Assembly: GCF_011745625.1 (NCBI RefSeq)
Contig: NW_027191496.1
Coordinates: 1 to 64,000 of the forward strand
Reading direction: 5' to 3'
Source: Cladosporium halotolerans
Taxonomy: Eukaryota
Length of the DNA: 64,000 bases
The position numbers and the translations under genes are program-made. The notes under the pieces were generated by a model. The model made no database searches, was not told the DNA's origin, and was given only the letters and a program-made list of their open reading frames with translations. Positions 11,907-24,686 of the stretch are shown piece after piece. Positions within the stretch are counted from its first letter, which is position 1. Every line of letters starts with the position of its first letter.

Positions 11907-12452
11907 TCACACGACTAGTACTCCAAGAAATAGGCCGAAGCAAGTCAAGACACTGAGCCATGTCACTGCGGAAAGTGATGCGCCCGCGGCAACGGCAGTA
12001 TGAGCCTTTCCTTTGTGCGTTGCAATGTATCCATCCGCATTTCCCAGATGTTGCTGTTGTCCAGCCTGACCACCTCGATAGCCGGAGGCAGTAGTCGTAT
12101 AGGCAGCTTCTCCGCTACCCGCGTATACAACGCAGGCTCCGTCGAAGTCCTGACACGCGTTGGCGTCTGTCACCGTCGCGGTTGCCTGAACGATCGTCGT
12201 AGATGTCACAACGCTTGTAGGCGTCGGGCTGCTACCGCGGTAGACTGTGGTGGTATAAGGAGCTCCATGCGCGTCGTTGTCGCCATATACTACGCATGCT
12301 CCGCTGAAGTTGTTGCAGGCGTTTGCCAGATCGGTCGCGCTGGCGTAAATCGTCGTTGTCGAAGTCAAAGACACGACTGTGGTACTTTGAGCTTGTACAA
12401 AAGCATAGAAGACCGTGAAGAGTAGGGTAGTCAGAGCATGGGCGAGAGCCAT
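11907..12452 (-). CDS. Secreted, probably GPI-anchored Ser/Thr-rich protein with two Cys-containing repeats
   Basis: N-terminal signal peptide, duplicated NACxxFxGACVVY...YTTT unit, hydrophobic C-terminal tail. Confidence 0.8.
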   Translation of the reverse strand: MALAHALTTLLFTVFYAFVQAQSTTVVSLTSTTTIYASATDLANACNNFSGACVVYGDNDAHGAPYTTTVYRGSSPTPTSVVTSTTIVQATATVTDANACQDFDGACVVYAGSGEAAYTTTASGYRGGQAGQQQHLGNADGYIATHKGKAHTAVAAGASLSAVTWLSVLTCFGLFLGVLVV

Positions 12453-13584
12453 GTTGTACTATGTGATATCGCTGTTCTCGCGTGGCGTGATGTTGTGATG
12501 CTTCCCGCCAGGCCGTGTAGTATCATGGAGCAGGGACGAAACTCCTGTGGTTTCGGGGAACGCACCACACAGGCTATACTTACTGTTCGTTATTGATACG
12601 AGCCTTGGTGAAGAGGGCGGTGTTGCTTGGAGTTGGCAAGGTTGGCTCGCTTCCGCCGCACGTCGTCGTCATTCTGGTGGCGCTCGAAGCTGATCATTCG
12701 CTGGCGTCGAAACTTGGCCACAATCCTTCACGCCCTCTGGTCCCTACGGATCTCATTACTCCTCTCATCTCGAGACGAGTGAGACATCTACCAGATTTCG
12801 ACGAGAAGCCATGATCTGAACTCGTATTTTCATCTCATTGGTTCTGTTGGCGTCTAACGGGTCCTGATTATGGGATGACTTTAAGCAGCTTTCACGAAGA
12901 TGGTTCCCGAGGGGGTATTACCGCAAATGTTGACAAGCATGACTAAACATGTTAAGTACCTGGGGAGAAAACAACAGTAAAACGATACTCACTCGTCGGG
13001 GAGCGAGCCGCATCCTTATCAAACACGAACCCGAACAACGACATCGAAGATTCCCCGACCTGCAAGCCATTCATGCAGCCACAACGCAATTGAGACAGAA
13101 ACTCGGAGCCGGGCCCATCCACCCCGTTAGAGATCGCTTGCTTATGCAGGTCCAGGACCTCCGATATTCAAGGGTTCCATGGCCACGCATTGCATACTAG
13201 TCTCCTGAGGAGCCCAAGTGGGCTGTGGGCTTTGCTGTCGGATCATATGGTCCGCGTGGGACTTCATGGCTAGTGTTGGAGTGATAATATCAACCCCCCC
13301 GATATCACCCTACTTTGGCGTGACAGCTCGTCCCGGTGTACAATGGCGTTAAAAGGAGTTTTCTTAAGTACAATTCTGATGGCATGCATACTGCACACTC
13401 GGCTGTGGCCGAACGCAGCCAGGGAGCTGGGCCGTTATTTGTCAATCGTATATGGTGAGAGCAGCATCTGTCAGGTGTGATACCCAGAATACAAATCCGA
13501 TTGAACGGTGCTTATTAAGTCACAAGTGATGCCCTCCCTCGCTGAGTGAGTTTGACTACAGATGCAGCGTCTTACTCAACCCTC

Positions 13585-14762
13585 ATGCGCAGCCCGGAAA
13601 GGCTGCAGAAGCGCCTAGCAATGCCAATAGCATCTTTCTTTGCAAGAGCCAAAAGCCCAGAGATCGACTCTTTAACAGATTTGCAGTCTCGGGAGCTTGC
13701 AGCTAATGGTGCGGTTGTTGAAGGGTCTCAGACGAATTGGGCAAGAACGCCAGGGATCACTTACAGCATTGTCTCGATATGCTGCATGCTGCTGCTTGGA
13801 ATGATGCTTGGTGGGTCGTCTATCAATGGCATTGAATGTCTTCTTGTCATACCTAATCCGCGTCAGGGTCTCGAATACACTCTCTTACGAGTCGTACACA
13901 CAAGATGCCTTTAAACTTCATTAGACTGCTGGTATTCATGCTCTACTTCGCCGCCATAGCCTTCGTCGCCAGTACAGCAATACTCCAGTCCGGACTTGGC
14001 CTGAGCACCATGGGTTCTTGTCGCGCAGCGATATATACTTGTCTGGTCTTTTACGTCGGCAGTAAAGTGTTGATCCAATTGTTCCTGGTTGAAAGAGCGC
14101 ACGCTATCCGCTTCCGGCTGAAACGCCGCCGACAGGACTGGCTATGGTTGGTATCTGTCGCTATCATCGTGATAGGATTCGGCAGCATCGCAGGCATCGC
14201 CTTCGCTTACCCGATCGCACATCTTGCAAGCAAGGATCGCAGGTGCAGGATCGGAGTGCCACCCAAAGTCACTGTGCCGCTAATCACTTACGACATCCTA
14301 ATCAATGCCGCTCTGACGGGAGTGTTCGTTGCACTGCTGAGACCTCTTCTGAAGTTCCGAACAAGTCGAAAACTACCATTTTATCATGCGGCGGCAGCTA
14401 CGGAACTTCCTGTTCGCGAAGACAGCCGTCGCTTAGCAGAGCATGGCATCGAGCTTACGCAGTCTGTCCGTCATTCCGCATCACACGCTGCAATCGATAC
14501 GGCCGTCAAGTCGATGAAGTTGCTGGTCTATAAGTCTTTGGTTGGCTCCATTGCCATGTTGATCCCGACGATGGTCAATATTGGCTTGCTGCTGAAGTGG
14601 GAGGGGCAGGAGCAAGGTTGGCTGTGTTTTACTTTGTGTACACTGGATGGTATGTCCAAGCGACTCGGTATCTGTGGCCACTGCTGACGACGCGTAGTCA
14701 CCTGGTCAGTCATGGTTGTGCATTTTCTCATGCTTGATCGTGGGGACGAGGAAGGCGGTTGA
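13585..14762 (+). CDS. Multi-pass (about 7 TM) membrane protein, GPCR-like; introns 13811-13866 and 14650-14697; start may be 13621
   Basis: Splicing joins ORFs 13546 and 13905 in frame (MMLG/SRIHSL..) and adds a last exon D/VTWSVMVVHFL; about seven hydrophobic segments. Confidence 0.75.
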
Positions 14763-15134
14763 GCCCGAGACTCACCTTTGAAATCGATTGTTTCATGAAG
14801 ACTTGATGTATCGATATGAGTAATGACTGAGGACCGTTAAAGCTGGCTGTCCATTCTCCGGCCTGGCATAGCACAAGGAAAAGGATTGCCTCGCGGCGTT
14901 TATGTAGATTTGACGGCATTCACAGCTCTTCACATCATTTCGAGAAATCTAGCCGAATGACACGATGAATCCCTGTATGCAACAAAATTCCAGATGGAGT
15001 GGTCGATCATGCGCTTTCCCGTATTGCTTTTGTCCCAGCACTTTTGGTGGGGAGCAGCTTCCAGAACACAGTTGCGGTGAGAAGAATATCGAAGCTCACG
15101 ACTTATCATTTGTATCGCATTTCCGTTTCATGCT

Positions 15135-15824
15135 ATGGCTTTGCCAGACAAGACTATCAACGGCGTTTCTGTCAAGGCAGTTCTCGAGGACTTCGATGAT
15201 GACCCGGATGGGGTCCAGCGCATTGCGGAACGCAAAGGGAAAGCTCCCGAGGTTACCATCGTAGAGCCCAATCCTGAGTGGCTTGAACAGTTCCAGTTGT
15301 TCAACTCACGTATCACTGCAGCATTCGAGGCTCGCGATGCTAGCGACGAAGTTCAACAGCAAAAAGAAAGCGATGAGGCAAGCAGGGTCACAATCCTAGC
15401 CATAAACCACGTCGGCTCCACCTCAGTCCCTGGGCTGCCTGCCAAAGCAGTCATCGACATTGACCTCGTTCTGTCCGAGAACTCTTTATCCTCCGAGCGT
15501 TTCTACGTGCCATGTCTCGAGGCAGCAGGATTCCAGTTTCTACTCCGAGAGCCAGATTGGCACGGCCACCGCTTTTTCTACACCGACAAGCCCATGCCGT
15601 GCAATCTGCACGTTTGGGGCCCTCGGTGTCCAGAAGTTGAGCGACACCGGATCTTCAGAAACTGGTTGCTAGAGCATTGTGACGACAGAGATTTGTATGC
15701 GCGGACAAAACGGGAATGCGCAGATCTGTCGAAGGGCAAAGGCGAGGCGGTGGCGGAATACAATTTGAGAAAGCAAGGCGTCATACGGGAGATTCTTGCG
15801 AGAGCTTTTGAGACGCTGCAATGA
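15135..15824 (+). CDS. GrpB/UPF0157 nucleotidyltransferase-fold protein
   Basis: HVGSTSVPGLPAKAVIDIDL, NLHVW, RHRIFRNWL, YARTK motifs. Confidence 0.9.
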   Translation: MALPDKTINGVSVKAVLEDFDDDPDGVQRIAERKGKAPEVTIVEPNPEWLEQFQLFNSRITAAFEARDASDEVQQQKESDEASRVTILAINHVGSTSVPGLPAKAVIDIDLVLSENSLSSERFYVPCLEAAGFQFLLREPDWHGHRFFYTDKPMPCNLHVWGPRCPEVERHRIFRNWLLEHCDDRDLYARTKRECADLSKGKGEAVAEYNLRKQGVIREILARAFETLQ

Positions 15825-15940
15825 TGATTGAAGATAAAGAGCATCCAATAGACATCTATATGTTCATGACTTCGTTTCGCATTATAACGTACAAATGTGC
15901 CCACCCAGACATCCATTCTCAAGATGTTGGCTATCGAAAA

Positions 15941-18900
15941 TCAAGGCCCTTCCTGCCTTTCGATAACGGTCGTCAAGTCCTTCAGCTTGACCGGCTTTGT
16001 GAGAAACATATTGCATCCGCTTCCAAACGCCTCCTTGTGCGCCGCATCCGATCCCAATGCCGTGAGTGCAATAATTCGGGAGGCCGGCAGTTGATGCTTT
16101 CTTTCGTAGGCGCGGATCCGTTGAGTTGCTTCGTAGCCATCCATGACCGGCATGTTGATGTCCATTAATACCACAGAAGGCCTACCTGGCAACTTCGGCT
16201 CAGGGGCGAATGTTTCGTTTTGGGTGTCGGAAGAGGAATCCTCGTGTGCTTTCTGGTAGGCGTTGACGGCGAGTTGGCCATCAGAGGCTGTGATGTACTC
16301 GTACTTGTTCTTCTTTGCGTACATAGTGAGGAGTCGCAGATTGACTTTGTTGTCATCTACGAGGAGAAGCACGGGTTTGTCGGCTTTTGGTGGCTCAGTG
16401 GGTTGGACACAGACGGACTCTGGCTCCACTTTCTCGTGACTGTCTCCCCATTGCGGCGAGTAAGCTTCAAGGACTGATTTTGGAGATTTCATCAGCGCTT
16501 CATCCAGATCAAGTTGTGGCGGAGGGTTTCGTATATCGCTAAATGGGCTGACCGCTTCCTGCTCCAGGGCCACTGGGACATGCGCTCGATCGTCCACGTT
16601 CTCCGTCAGCTTAGGCCGCATCGGTAAATCGAAAGCCTTGAGATTGTTTGTTTTCATTTGCTTCGCAATTTCTGCGAGACGGCTTTCCTCACATCGTTGG
16701 AGCAGTGAGACAATCGCGCGGGAGATCGCTGTTTTGCCGCAGGGCAAAGCAACATACTCTGCCACGATGTGAGATTGCAAGTTTGGTGAGCCCGAATTCT
16801 TCCTCAAGAATTTCGCAGAAAGACTGCTCTTGCAAATGACTATGCATGGTTTGGAGCGCGATGGCTCATTGCTGCCGCAATTGAGTGTCTCCTGCAGTGC
16901 CTTCACCCGGGCGGCGAAATCATCTTCAGTCGCGACGTTGATAGAGGCAGTGCTGCACGCTTCCCAGGTGCCAGATTGTGTGGCCAGTCCTAGATATCGA
17001 CAGCTTTTCTCGAAGGAGGATATTGCCAAGACAGAAGCAGTGGTTTTCGATGCGTGGCCAATTTCTGCTGAAGGTGGGCTCGCGGAGGGACCTTCGATAA
17101 AACCAACCACGAGACCTGTGTTCTGTAAAGTTCCACTCAGGTGCAAGCTCTGTTGAATGTGGTCACTCGTCGGTTTCTCAGAGAGAGTGCTTGGACTGCT
17201 TTCGAGCGGAACAGTCACTGTAACACGAGTACCGGAGCCCAATTGATCGCTGATCACCTTGACCTGGCCTCCCATAGCAGACACAATTCGTGCGACCATA
17301 TTCATACCTAGTCCCATCCCGTCTGCAAGCGTGTCTTCCTGCGTGAAATCGCGGAACAGGTGGTTTTCCAGAAAGTCTTTCGACATTCCTTTTCCGCTGT
17401 CCGCAACCTCCAGGATTGCGTCGACTTGCCCACGGGAGCCAGGCCTGTACTTCTGCTTGAGTGACACATTGATATAACCGGAAGCTGTGTATTTCAGCGA
17501 GTTGTTGATAAGGTTGATGCAGACCCTCTTCCAGCCGCCAGACGCCAGCTTGCAACACCAATCATTCCCGGGCGAGCGATCAATATCCAGTATGAGTGGC
17601 ACTGCAGAGCTGACATCGGTAGCTGTTCGACAGGAATACGAGTAGACAGCTGTCTCCACAACTTCCTCGGTAAGGTCATCGAGAGCCACGCGTAGATCCA
17701 GATCTGCAAGGTCGCCTTGAGCTGAGAGCTTTCTGCCCGTGGGCGAGACGTCACGACCAATTCTAGAGCTGCTGACAGCACCGTTCTGGAGACGTTTGTT
17801 TCTAAGATTCGCGAAGTCGAGAAGATGGTTGATGATTTCGAGGAGGGTCCGTCCACAAGAGTCGACTTGATCAACGAGTGCCGAAGCCGTACTGTCCAGC
17901 TTGAGGTCTCTCAGTACCTCGCTACTCCCGAGTATTCCATGAAGTGGAGACCTCAGCTCGTGGGAAATGGATGATATGAAGTCGGACTTGGCCTTGTCCG
18001 ACATTTGAATCTCCAGGCGACGTGTTTCACCCACGATGATGTCGCAAAATGCTGTGACAAAATTCATCTCCGTTTCGATCGTAAGGATTCTCAGGGGATC
18101 GAAGGACCACAGCACGCATCCAGAAGCCCATCTGCGTTGCGTTATATCACGAATACCGTGGATCGCGACGCTGCGAGCTCCAGGAAACATTGCAGCAAGG
18201 ATCTCACCGTCTCGGCGTCTGCGAATTTGCCGGCGTTTTCGCTCTTGAAAGCCTCCTGAAGATTGGTCATCAGACATCTGACCCCGTGGTCCGTCATCTT
18301 CGGATGAAACAGTATCTTCAGAATGCGTCAGACCATTCTCATCAAACACCCAGATTTTTCCATAAGGATTCCGGCGCAGGAGTGATCGGAAGAAGCTCTC
18401 TGGAATCTTCTTGCTTTGCTCTTCTCCTGATGCGCAGCACTCGCTGTGGCGTGCAGATTCTGACCAACCCAAAAGCCGGCACGATGCCCCGCCCGCACTC
18501 GAGGGGTTGTGCGGACGTGATTGCGAAGGAGTCGACTCGGAGTCTTCGTAAGTGCTAGCTTCGGTCGTTTCGGTAGGATCGATCGCATCGGCAAGGCCGC
18601 CGAAGGTTCCTACGGATGCGTCTAGAAAAGCGACTCCGTCTACAGAAAGCGAAGCACGCATAATGTCAGACGCCCTTTGGTAAGTTGATTGAACATCCAT
18701 TAGCGAGTCGGTATTCTGTCGCGGCACTCGTGGAGTGGACGAAAGTCTGCCTTTGATCCGTCTCGGTGCCTGCTCTGGGCTTGACGGTATGGGGCTTCGG
18801 TTGGGTTGTGGGATGGTATCACTCGCTGAAGAAGCAAGATTTGTCTCAGTGACACCGGTGGCTTTTTCGTGCTCATTTAATCCTGTTTGGTGGGGAAATG

Positions 18901-19872
18901 CTGCGGGGATCTCTCGTGCCGTGGGCTCTGGGACAGCCTGCCTGCTGTTCTCTGGAAATGAGCGAACGAGAAGATCACTCGGCTCTGCATCTATACTCGT
19001 AGATTTTCGCTTCGTCAGATGGCCTGTGTGACGCCTTCTTCTGAGTGCGGAAGATCCTTTGACAAAGTTCCCGAGTCCAGTCACCATATGAGTTGCTCGT
19101 TGACGCTCAAATTGCCCACGCACGCTTTCGAGGTGTTTGACGACTGTGTGGCTCATGTCTCTGAGGAAAGTTAATTCCTTCTGAGAAAGGCCATTACGAG
19201 GCTTGTCGTCCAATATGCAGTAAGCGCCAATGTTGATGCCGGAGGAAGAAGTAATGGGCACACCGGCATAGAATCGGCCATGCGGAAAGCCAGTAACGAA
19301 GGGTTTGTCTCGAGTCTGCAGGTTTTCTGTAAGGTCATCGACCACGAACACCGAGTCTCTGTCACCACTGAGGGTGGACATAGTGGCAGGAAAGGAAGGT
19401 AGGTTGACCGTAACCTCGCAGCATGCTACATTGCGTGGGATCTTAGCATGGCCCAGCCACAGCTGATCCCCCTCGTCGTGAGCTTCGTCGTTTTCCAGTG
19501 ACAGCGATTGGGTTGCCTCGGCCATGACATAAGCGTGATTCACGTCGAAGAAGAAGATCATAGCCCTCCGAGCTTGACATCGCAACGCGCCCAGCTGGCA
19601 AAACGCCGTTAAAGTCCTGTCTGGGCAAGAGAAGGGAACATGGTTCTCTCGTGATTGCGGATCTCGCACATCACAATATGTAGGACCATTTGCGGTCATG
19701 TGCCGAATGGCTTCGAAATACCTGTGTCCGTGGGATTAGTATTTGTGAACCGAATGGAAATGTCGAAGTAAGCGCACCGATAAAACTCATGTTCGCGTCT
19801 GCTTTCGCTGCGGCCGTGTGCGCCCAAGCCACCATCACTGCGGTCGTGAACGCAAACCGTTCCAGCAGCCAT
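15941..19872 (-). CDS. Hybrid sensor histidine kinase (GAF-HisKA-HATPase-REC); first exon 19872-19778, intron 19722-19777
   Basis: GAF (RFYAGVPI..IGAYCILDDKPR), H-box SISHELRSPLHG, N-box NLINNSLKYT, G-boxes DSGKGM and GMGLGM, receiver LLVDDN..MDINMP..FLTKPV; upstream exon gives RREHEFYR/YF. Confidence 0.93.
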
Positions 19873-20243
19873 CCTTGCTCTGCAGCAAGACCATTGAAGG
19901 CTGCAGCAGTTTTGTTATCAAAAAAGTGATTGTAGCATTCGTGGCGAAACGCATCGGGCGGTGGGGGCCTAGATTGCAAGGGTGGTTCACTGGGCGCTGT
20001 GCGGCGCGGTGGGCTGAGGGCGGCGGGCGGCGGCACCGTGGGCCCCGGAGCTGACGGGAGGCTGCCGCATCGATCATGCAAAGTACGCGTGATCGGAAAA
20101 GTGCAACAACGGAGAACATCATCGTGCATCGTCTTAGACCTCCTCATTATTTATCCTGCGACTACGCTACAACAGTGTTGTGCGGCCATCTGAAACCCGC
20201 AATAGCCACTACCTTCCCACTCTCAGCTCAGTTTTCTACCTCA

Positions 20244-22057
20244 CTACGCACGCGCGCGCTCCTTGAACTGCACCATCGGACCTTTCCTCATCGCAACAAA
20301 AGCATCGTAAAGCTGATACTGCTCCACATTCTCACGGCCTTCTCCCAAAGATGGACTGCCAGCACCTGTTGTGTCAACAGAGTCAGGCCTGATCTCGAAA
20401 CCGTGGATCATCTTTGCCAGGACGATCTGCATTTCCAACCAGGCCAGATTCTTTCCAATGCATCCGCGCGTCCCGGTTGAGAAGGCGCAGTGTCCACTTT
20501 CTGCGAGAGCAACCTCATCTGCGGAGCTGCCTTCCGGATCGTCCTCTTTGGTGAGCCAGCGCTCAGGGCGGAAGATGAACGGCTCCGGGTAGATGTCACT
20601 ATTGTAGTTGAGACAGTAGAGGCAGGTGCTGAGTAAGGTGCCAGGAGGGAAGAATTGACCGTCTACAGTTGTACCGCCGGGCCTCACCTCGCGAGCAAGC
20701 TCAGCTGGAACGGGGGGTGCCATCCTGAGGACCTCGAGGATGAAGGCGCGCATGTACTTGCAGTTGTGCAGCTTCAGACCGCCCTTGATCTCGGACGCAG
20801 ATTCATAAGCCGAAAGAACTTCGTTCGCCAGTTTTTCCTGGATTCGAGGATTGCGTGCTAAGTAAAAAGCCATGGCCGCAGTCACGATGGCAGTCGTGTC
20901 ACTGCCTGCAATCGTCAGAAGTTCACACTCGCCATACAGTTCGTGAAGGTCATAGCCAGGTCCGCCAGTCTCCGGGTCTTTGGCGCCAAAGAGATAGTGG
21001 AAGAAGTCTCTCCTTTCCGGCCTCATGCCTTTCTGGACTTCTTCCTGAGCCTTAGTCCGATCGTCTAAGTTCTTTGCGACGAATGATTGCCATTTCTTCA
21101 GACTCTCGGGGATTGTATACTGCAGCAACCAGTCGAGTCCGCGAGGCTTCAACCAGACCCACAGACCAGCGTAGGGAGAGTATGTGATCTGTGACGTTAT
21201 CAGTCCGTCGGACTCATTGCTAGCATTACAGTTCTGTCGATCATAGCCAAACTCACCGGGGCAAGAAGCTCTAGGAAGCCCGCCATGAGATCAGGCACGT
21301 GCTTGATATCGCTCTCTGGTTCTTTCATGTTGAACTGCTTTCCGAAGCAAAGATCGCCGAGAATATCGAACACAAGGTAATTGACCTCTTCAGCCATGTT
21401 GAGAGACTTGCTCCAAGTCTTATCTGGACCTTGATGAGACTTTTCTTTGATCAACTCCAGCCATCGCTACGTATACTGTCAGTATACCATAAATGGCTAC
21501 GGACATCCATCGGCGCTCACATCAGTGTTCGAGTGCACAAACTCCTCGGTACCACGCAAGGCCTTATCAGAGAAGGCATTGTTGAGCACACGACGCTTCC
21601 GCGCGTGGGCCTCAATGTTGGTCACATTCCAAATGTTCGTGATCTTGCTGTTGTGCGGCCAAGACCTGTAGTAAGACTCTGTCTTGATCACGTTACCCTT
21701 CGGCCCGAAGATCGTCTTGTACGCCGAAGGCGTGTTCATGACCACGGCATCCGGGCGGTATCGGAAGACCGGTCCTGTCCGTCATCAGCCCTAGCGAGTA
21801 CGAGTTCGAACTCAGTCGGTGTACATACCATACTGCTGTTGAAGCTTCAGCAGCCAGATGTGTCGGTCCTGTTTTCGAGTGTACAGCCAGGATGGTATAT
21901 CCGATATCTTGGCCCAGAATGGGCCAGGGTATTTGGCGAGGGGATGCAGGTACAGTCTGTAAAAGACCACGTACAGCACGTATGTCAAACCCAACACAAT
22001 GGTCGAGGATACGACGAGAGGATATTGCATCGTGTCCAATGCGTCCTGGATCGCCAT
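20244..22057 (-). CDS. Cytochrome P450 monooxygenase; introns 21775-21828, 21467-21520, 21189-21256
   Basis: N-terminal TM, HPLAKYPGP, AGSDTT (I-helix), EVLR, PERW, heme motif FSTGTRGCIG. Confidence 0.95.
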
Positions 22058-23054
22058 TTTGGCTTCAGACGTGATCAGTGCACATATTGGTATTGCTGCA
22101 GAGCGAGCGCGCGCCTTTTAAGGGAGAAGTCGGCCACGTTATCACCCGGGGCTGTGGCCTTAAAGGGACTATCGACGCCGGGGGCAAGTCTAGGTCATGT
22201 TCAGTGAAGAAGTGGATGCGTAGGATTTCACGCTATCCGGGGTCTGAAGATAGACGTCCAATGATAAAGGCTGCTCGAGCGCAGGGTCGCTTACGGCCTC
22301 AAGTCGGCAGGAAGTTCCCCGTGCAAAATCACTACGAGTCGTGGAACATGCTTCAAGTTTCAGGCTACTGCCGCTCTACGGTACTATGGAAAACTTCCCC
22401 GGACGGTTGGGCATCGTTGCGGAGCTGACTCCATCGTTGCGCCTCTGGAGGTCCACTCGACTGCCGAAACCAAATCAACGGTCGCCAGACGATCCGCTGA
22501 CAACGCACGATTAATAACAACCTCTACGGCTGATTCCCGGCCAAGATCAGGTGTTGCTACCACTCTCTAACGACGGACGAAAGTAAATCTCTCCAACGTC
22601 TCTCCATCTTGACATGACCCACGACGGCATCGTATCGGACTCCAAGCATGGTATCTGGACCGGCCCCCACGCTATCCATGCCCTTGTCACAAGCTGCAAA
22701 GGATTCGCTATCCCATGTACAGAGTCTTCGAGCCACCTGATGTCTGCCAGGGATCGGACATGTCTGCGAGGTTTCCGAAGACCTACTCGTGCACCCGCCA
22801 TCACCGTCAATGCGTAACGAGTGCCAGCGATTTGCCGCGCCAGACTAATCTACAAAGACCGCGAGACCCATCCCTTGCGATCAGACACGCTCTCCCTGGC
22901 AGCGAGGCCGGGTCAAAGTCAAGAAGGTTCACTAGTACGGTGTGTTGTAATCCTGTGATATAGAAGCATGTTCTCCTCCGGCGTTGTGTGATTAGGCGAG
23001 AGCCCTAATGATTTATTTTCCTTCCTCCGGAGTAAAGTCTTCTCAGCTGCAGCG

Positions 23055-24351
23055 ATGGCGTCTCTGGGCTCTTTTGCGAACGTGAGAGCCAATCTTGATG
23101 GTGCAGCGATCACGACATATGTCTTGTTCATGATCGTGGTGCCACTGAAGTTCTGGTGCAGATTGAACAGCGGGCATAAGAGGCTCGGTCTGGACGATGT
23201 TTTAACAGCAGTGGGCGCTATCGTAGTAAATGCTTTTTTCTACATCACGATGATCGGTAAGTCGCATTCCCGCGGTCTCAGAGTTTTGTAGCTAATAACC
23301 TTTCGAGGCGTGCGGCCACACCTAGGAAAGCATGCGGACACCCTGTCAATCCCGATCATCATCCAATTCCTGAAATACGTGTTCGCGGCCCAACTACTAT
23401 ATGTCATCGCTTTGGCATGGATTAAGCTGGCCATCCTCGCATTTTACTGGCGCCTGTTCTCTATCAAGGCTCGATGGCCTGTCCTTATTACGACAGGAAT
23501 TGTGATCGTGTGGATAATCTCGGGAGTGAGTTTCCAATATGAGCTCAGGAATTCCCCTTCTACTGACACTCGACCAGTCCGCCGCCCTCATCTTTACCTG
23601 CAAACCCGTCAAAGCCCAATGGGATCTCACAGTCACCAACGCCGTATGCCTGGACCGACGGGCCGTTTACCTGGGAGTGTCCCTGGTGAACGTCGTCACC
23701 GACATCGTCCTCCTCGCGCTTCCAATACCCTACATCTGGAACCTGCACAGCCCTGCCTTCCAAAGAGTCGTCCTGATTGGCATCTTCTCCCTCGGAATCT
23801 TTGTCAGCGTCGTCTCCATCGTCCGCCTCACGATCCTCATGGGCCTCAACCTCGGCAAAGCAGACATCACATATTCGATGGCCCAGGTATTCATTTGGTC
23901 CCTCGTGGAAGTCAACATCGGCCTCGTCTGCGCCTGCCTCCCAAGCCTCCGTCCCGCCGTGCGCCTCCTCGGCCTCGGCCGGCTCTTCCCCTCCTCCTCA
24001 GCCATGGCTCAAGACGCCTACGTACAGCAACAGACGCCCCAGGGCTCGACGCGTGCAACCGATCGATCACACGCGTCGAAGCGCAATCCCTTCGGCTTCA
24101 TGACGAGCATGGGCGGGACGAAGTGCGAAGAGGAAGAGGAAGACAGCTTCCAGATGATCAGTCACCAGAACGGCAAGAACAGCACCGCCGTCGACGCGTA
24201 CCGCGTGCCTTCGAGCGGCAGCGACGACACGACCGACAGAACACCTGCTTCGAGCGGGAACATGCAGCCGATCACGATCGAGCGGGAGTGGCGAGTCGAG
24301 AGTCGGACGCCGGAGGAGAGGGAGCTAGGGCTTGGGTACAATGCGATGTAG
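23055..24351 (+). CDS. PTH11-like integral membrane protein (fungal rhodopsin-like domain, no CFEM); introns from 23257 to 23307 or 23325, and 23526-23577
   Basis: LGLDD, IKLAILAFYWRLF, CKPVKAQWD, NVVTDIVLLALPIP, WSLVEVNIGLVCACLPSL. Confidence 0.9.
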
Positions 24352-24686
24352 TAGAGGGAACGGGTAGATCGAGCAGACATATGAGGACACACAGTGCTGC
24401 GGCGGCACTCAATTCACAGGGAAGACTTGATAGAAATTACACGTGAGACAAAAGGCACACGAGAGATGAAGAGTCAAATCATTGCTCTGTTGTACAATGG
24501 ATATCACAAGATGCAGCATCATCTGCGCAGCATACGCCCAAACACCACTTTCCACACAATCGTTCCCAAACAACAATGTATCAGACCAGGCCAGCCGGCG
24601 TACTCCGTAGCACGCTTTGGTAACAAATCGACGTTCGTGAGATCGAATAAGAACGAAGGCAAGAGAAAAAGAAATGACCAGCACGC

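Noticed and set aside
10277..24351. Secondary-metabolite biosynthetic cluster
   Set aside because: No backbone synthase or pathway-specific transcription factor is present
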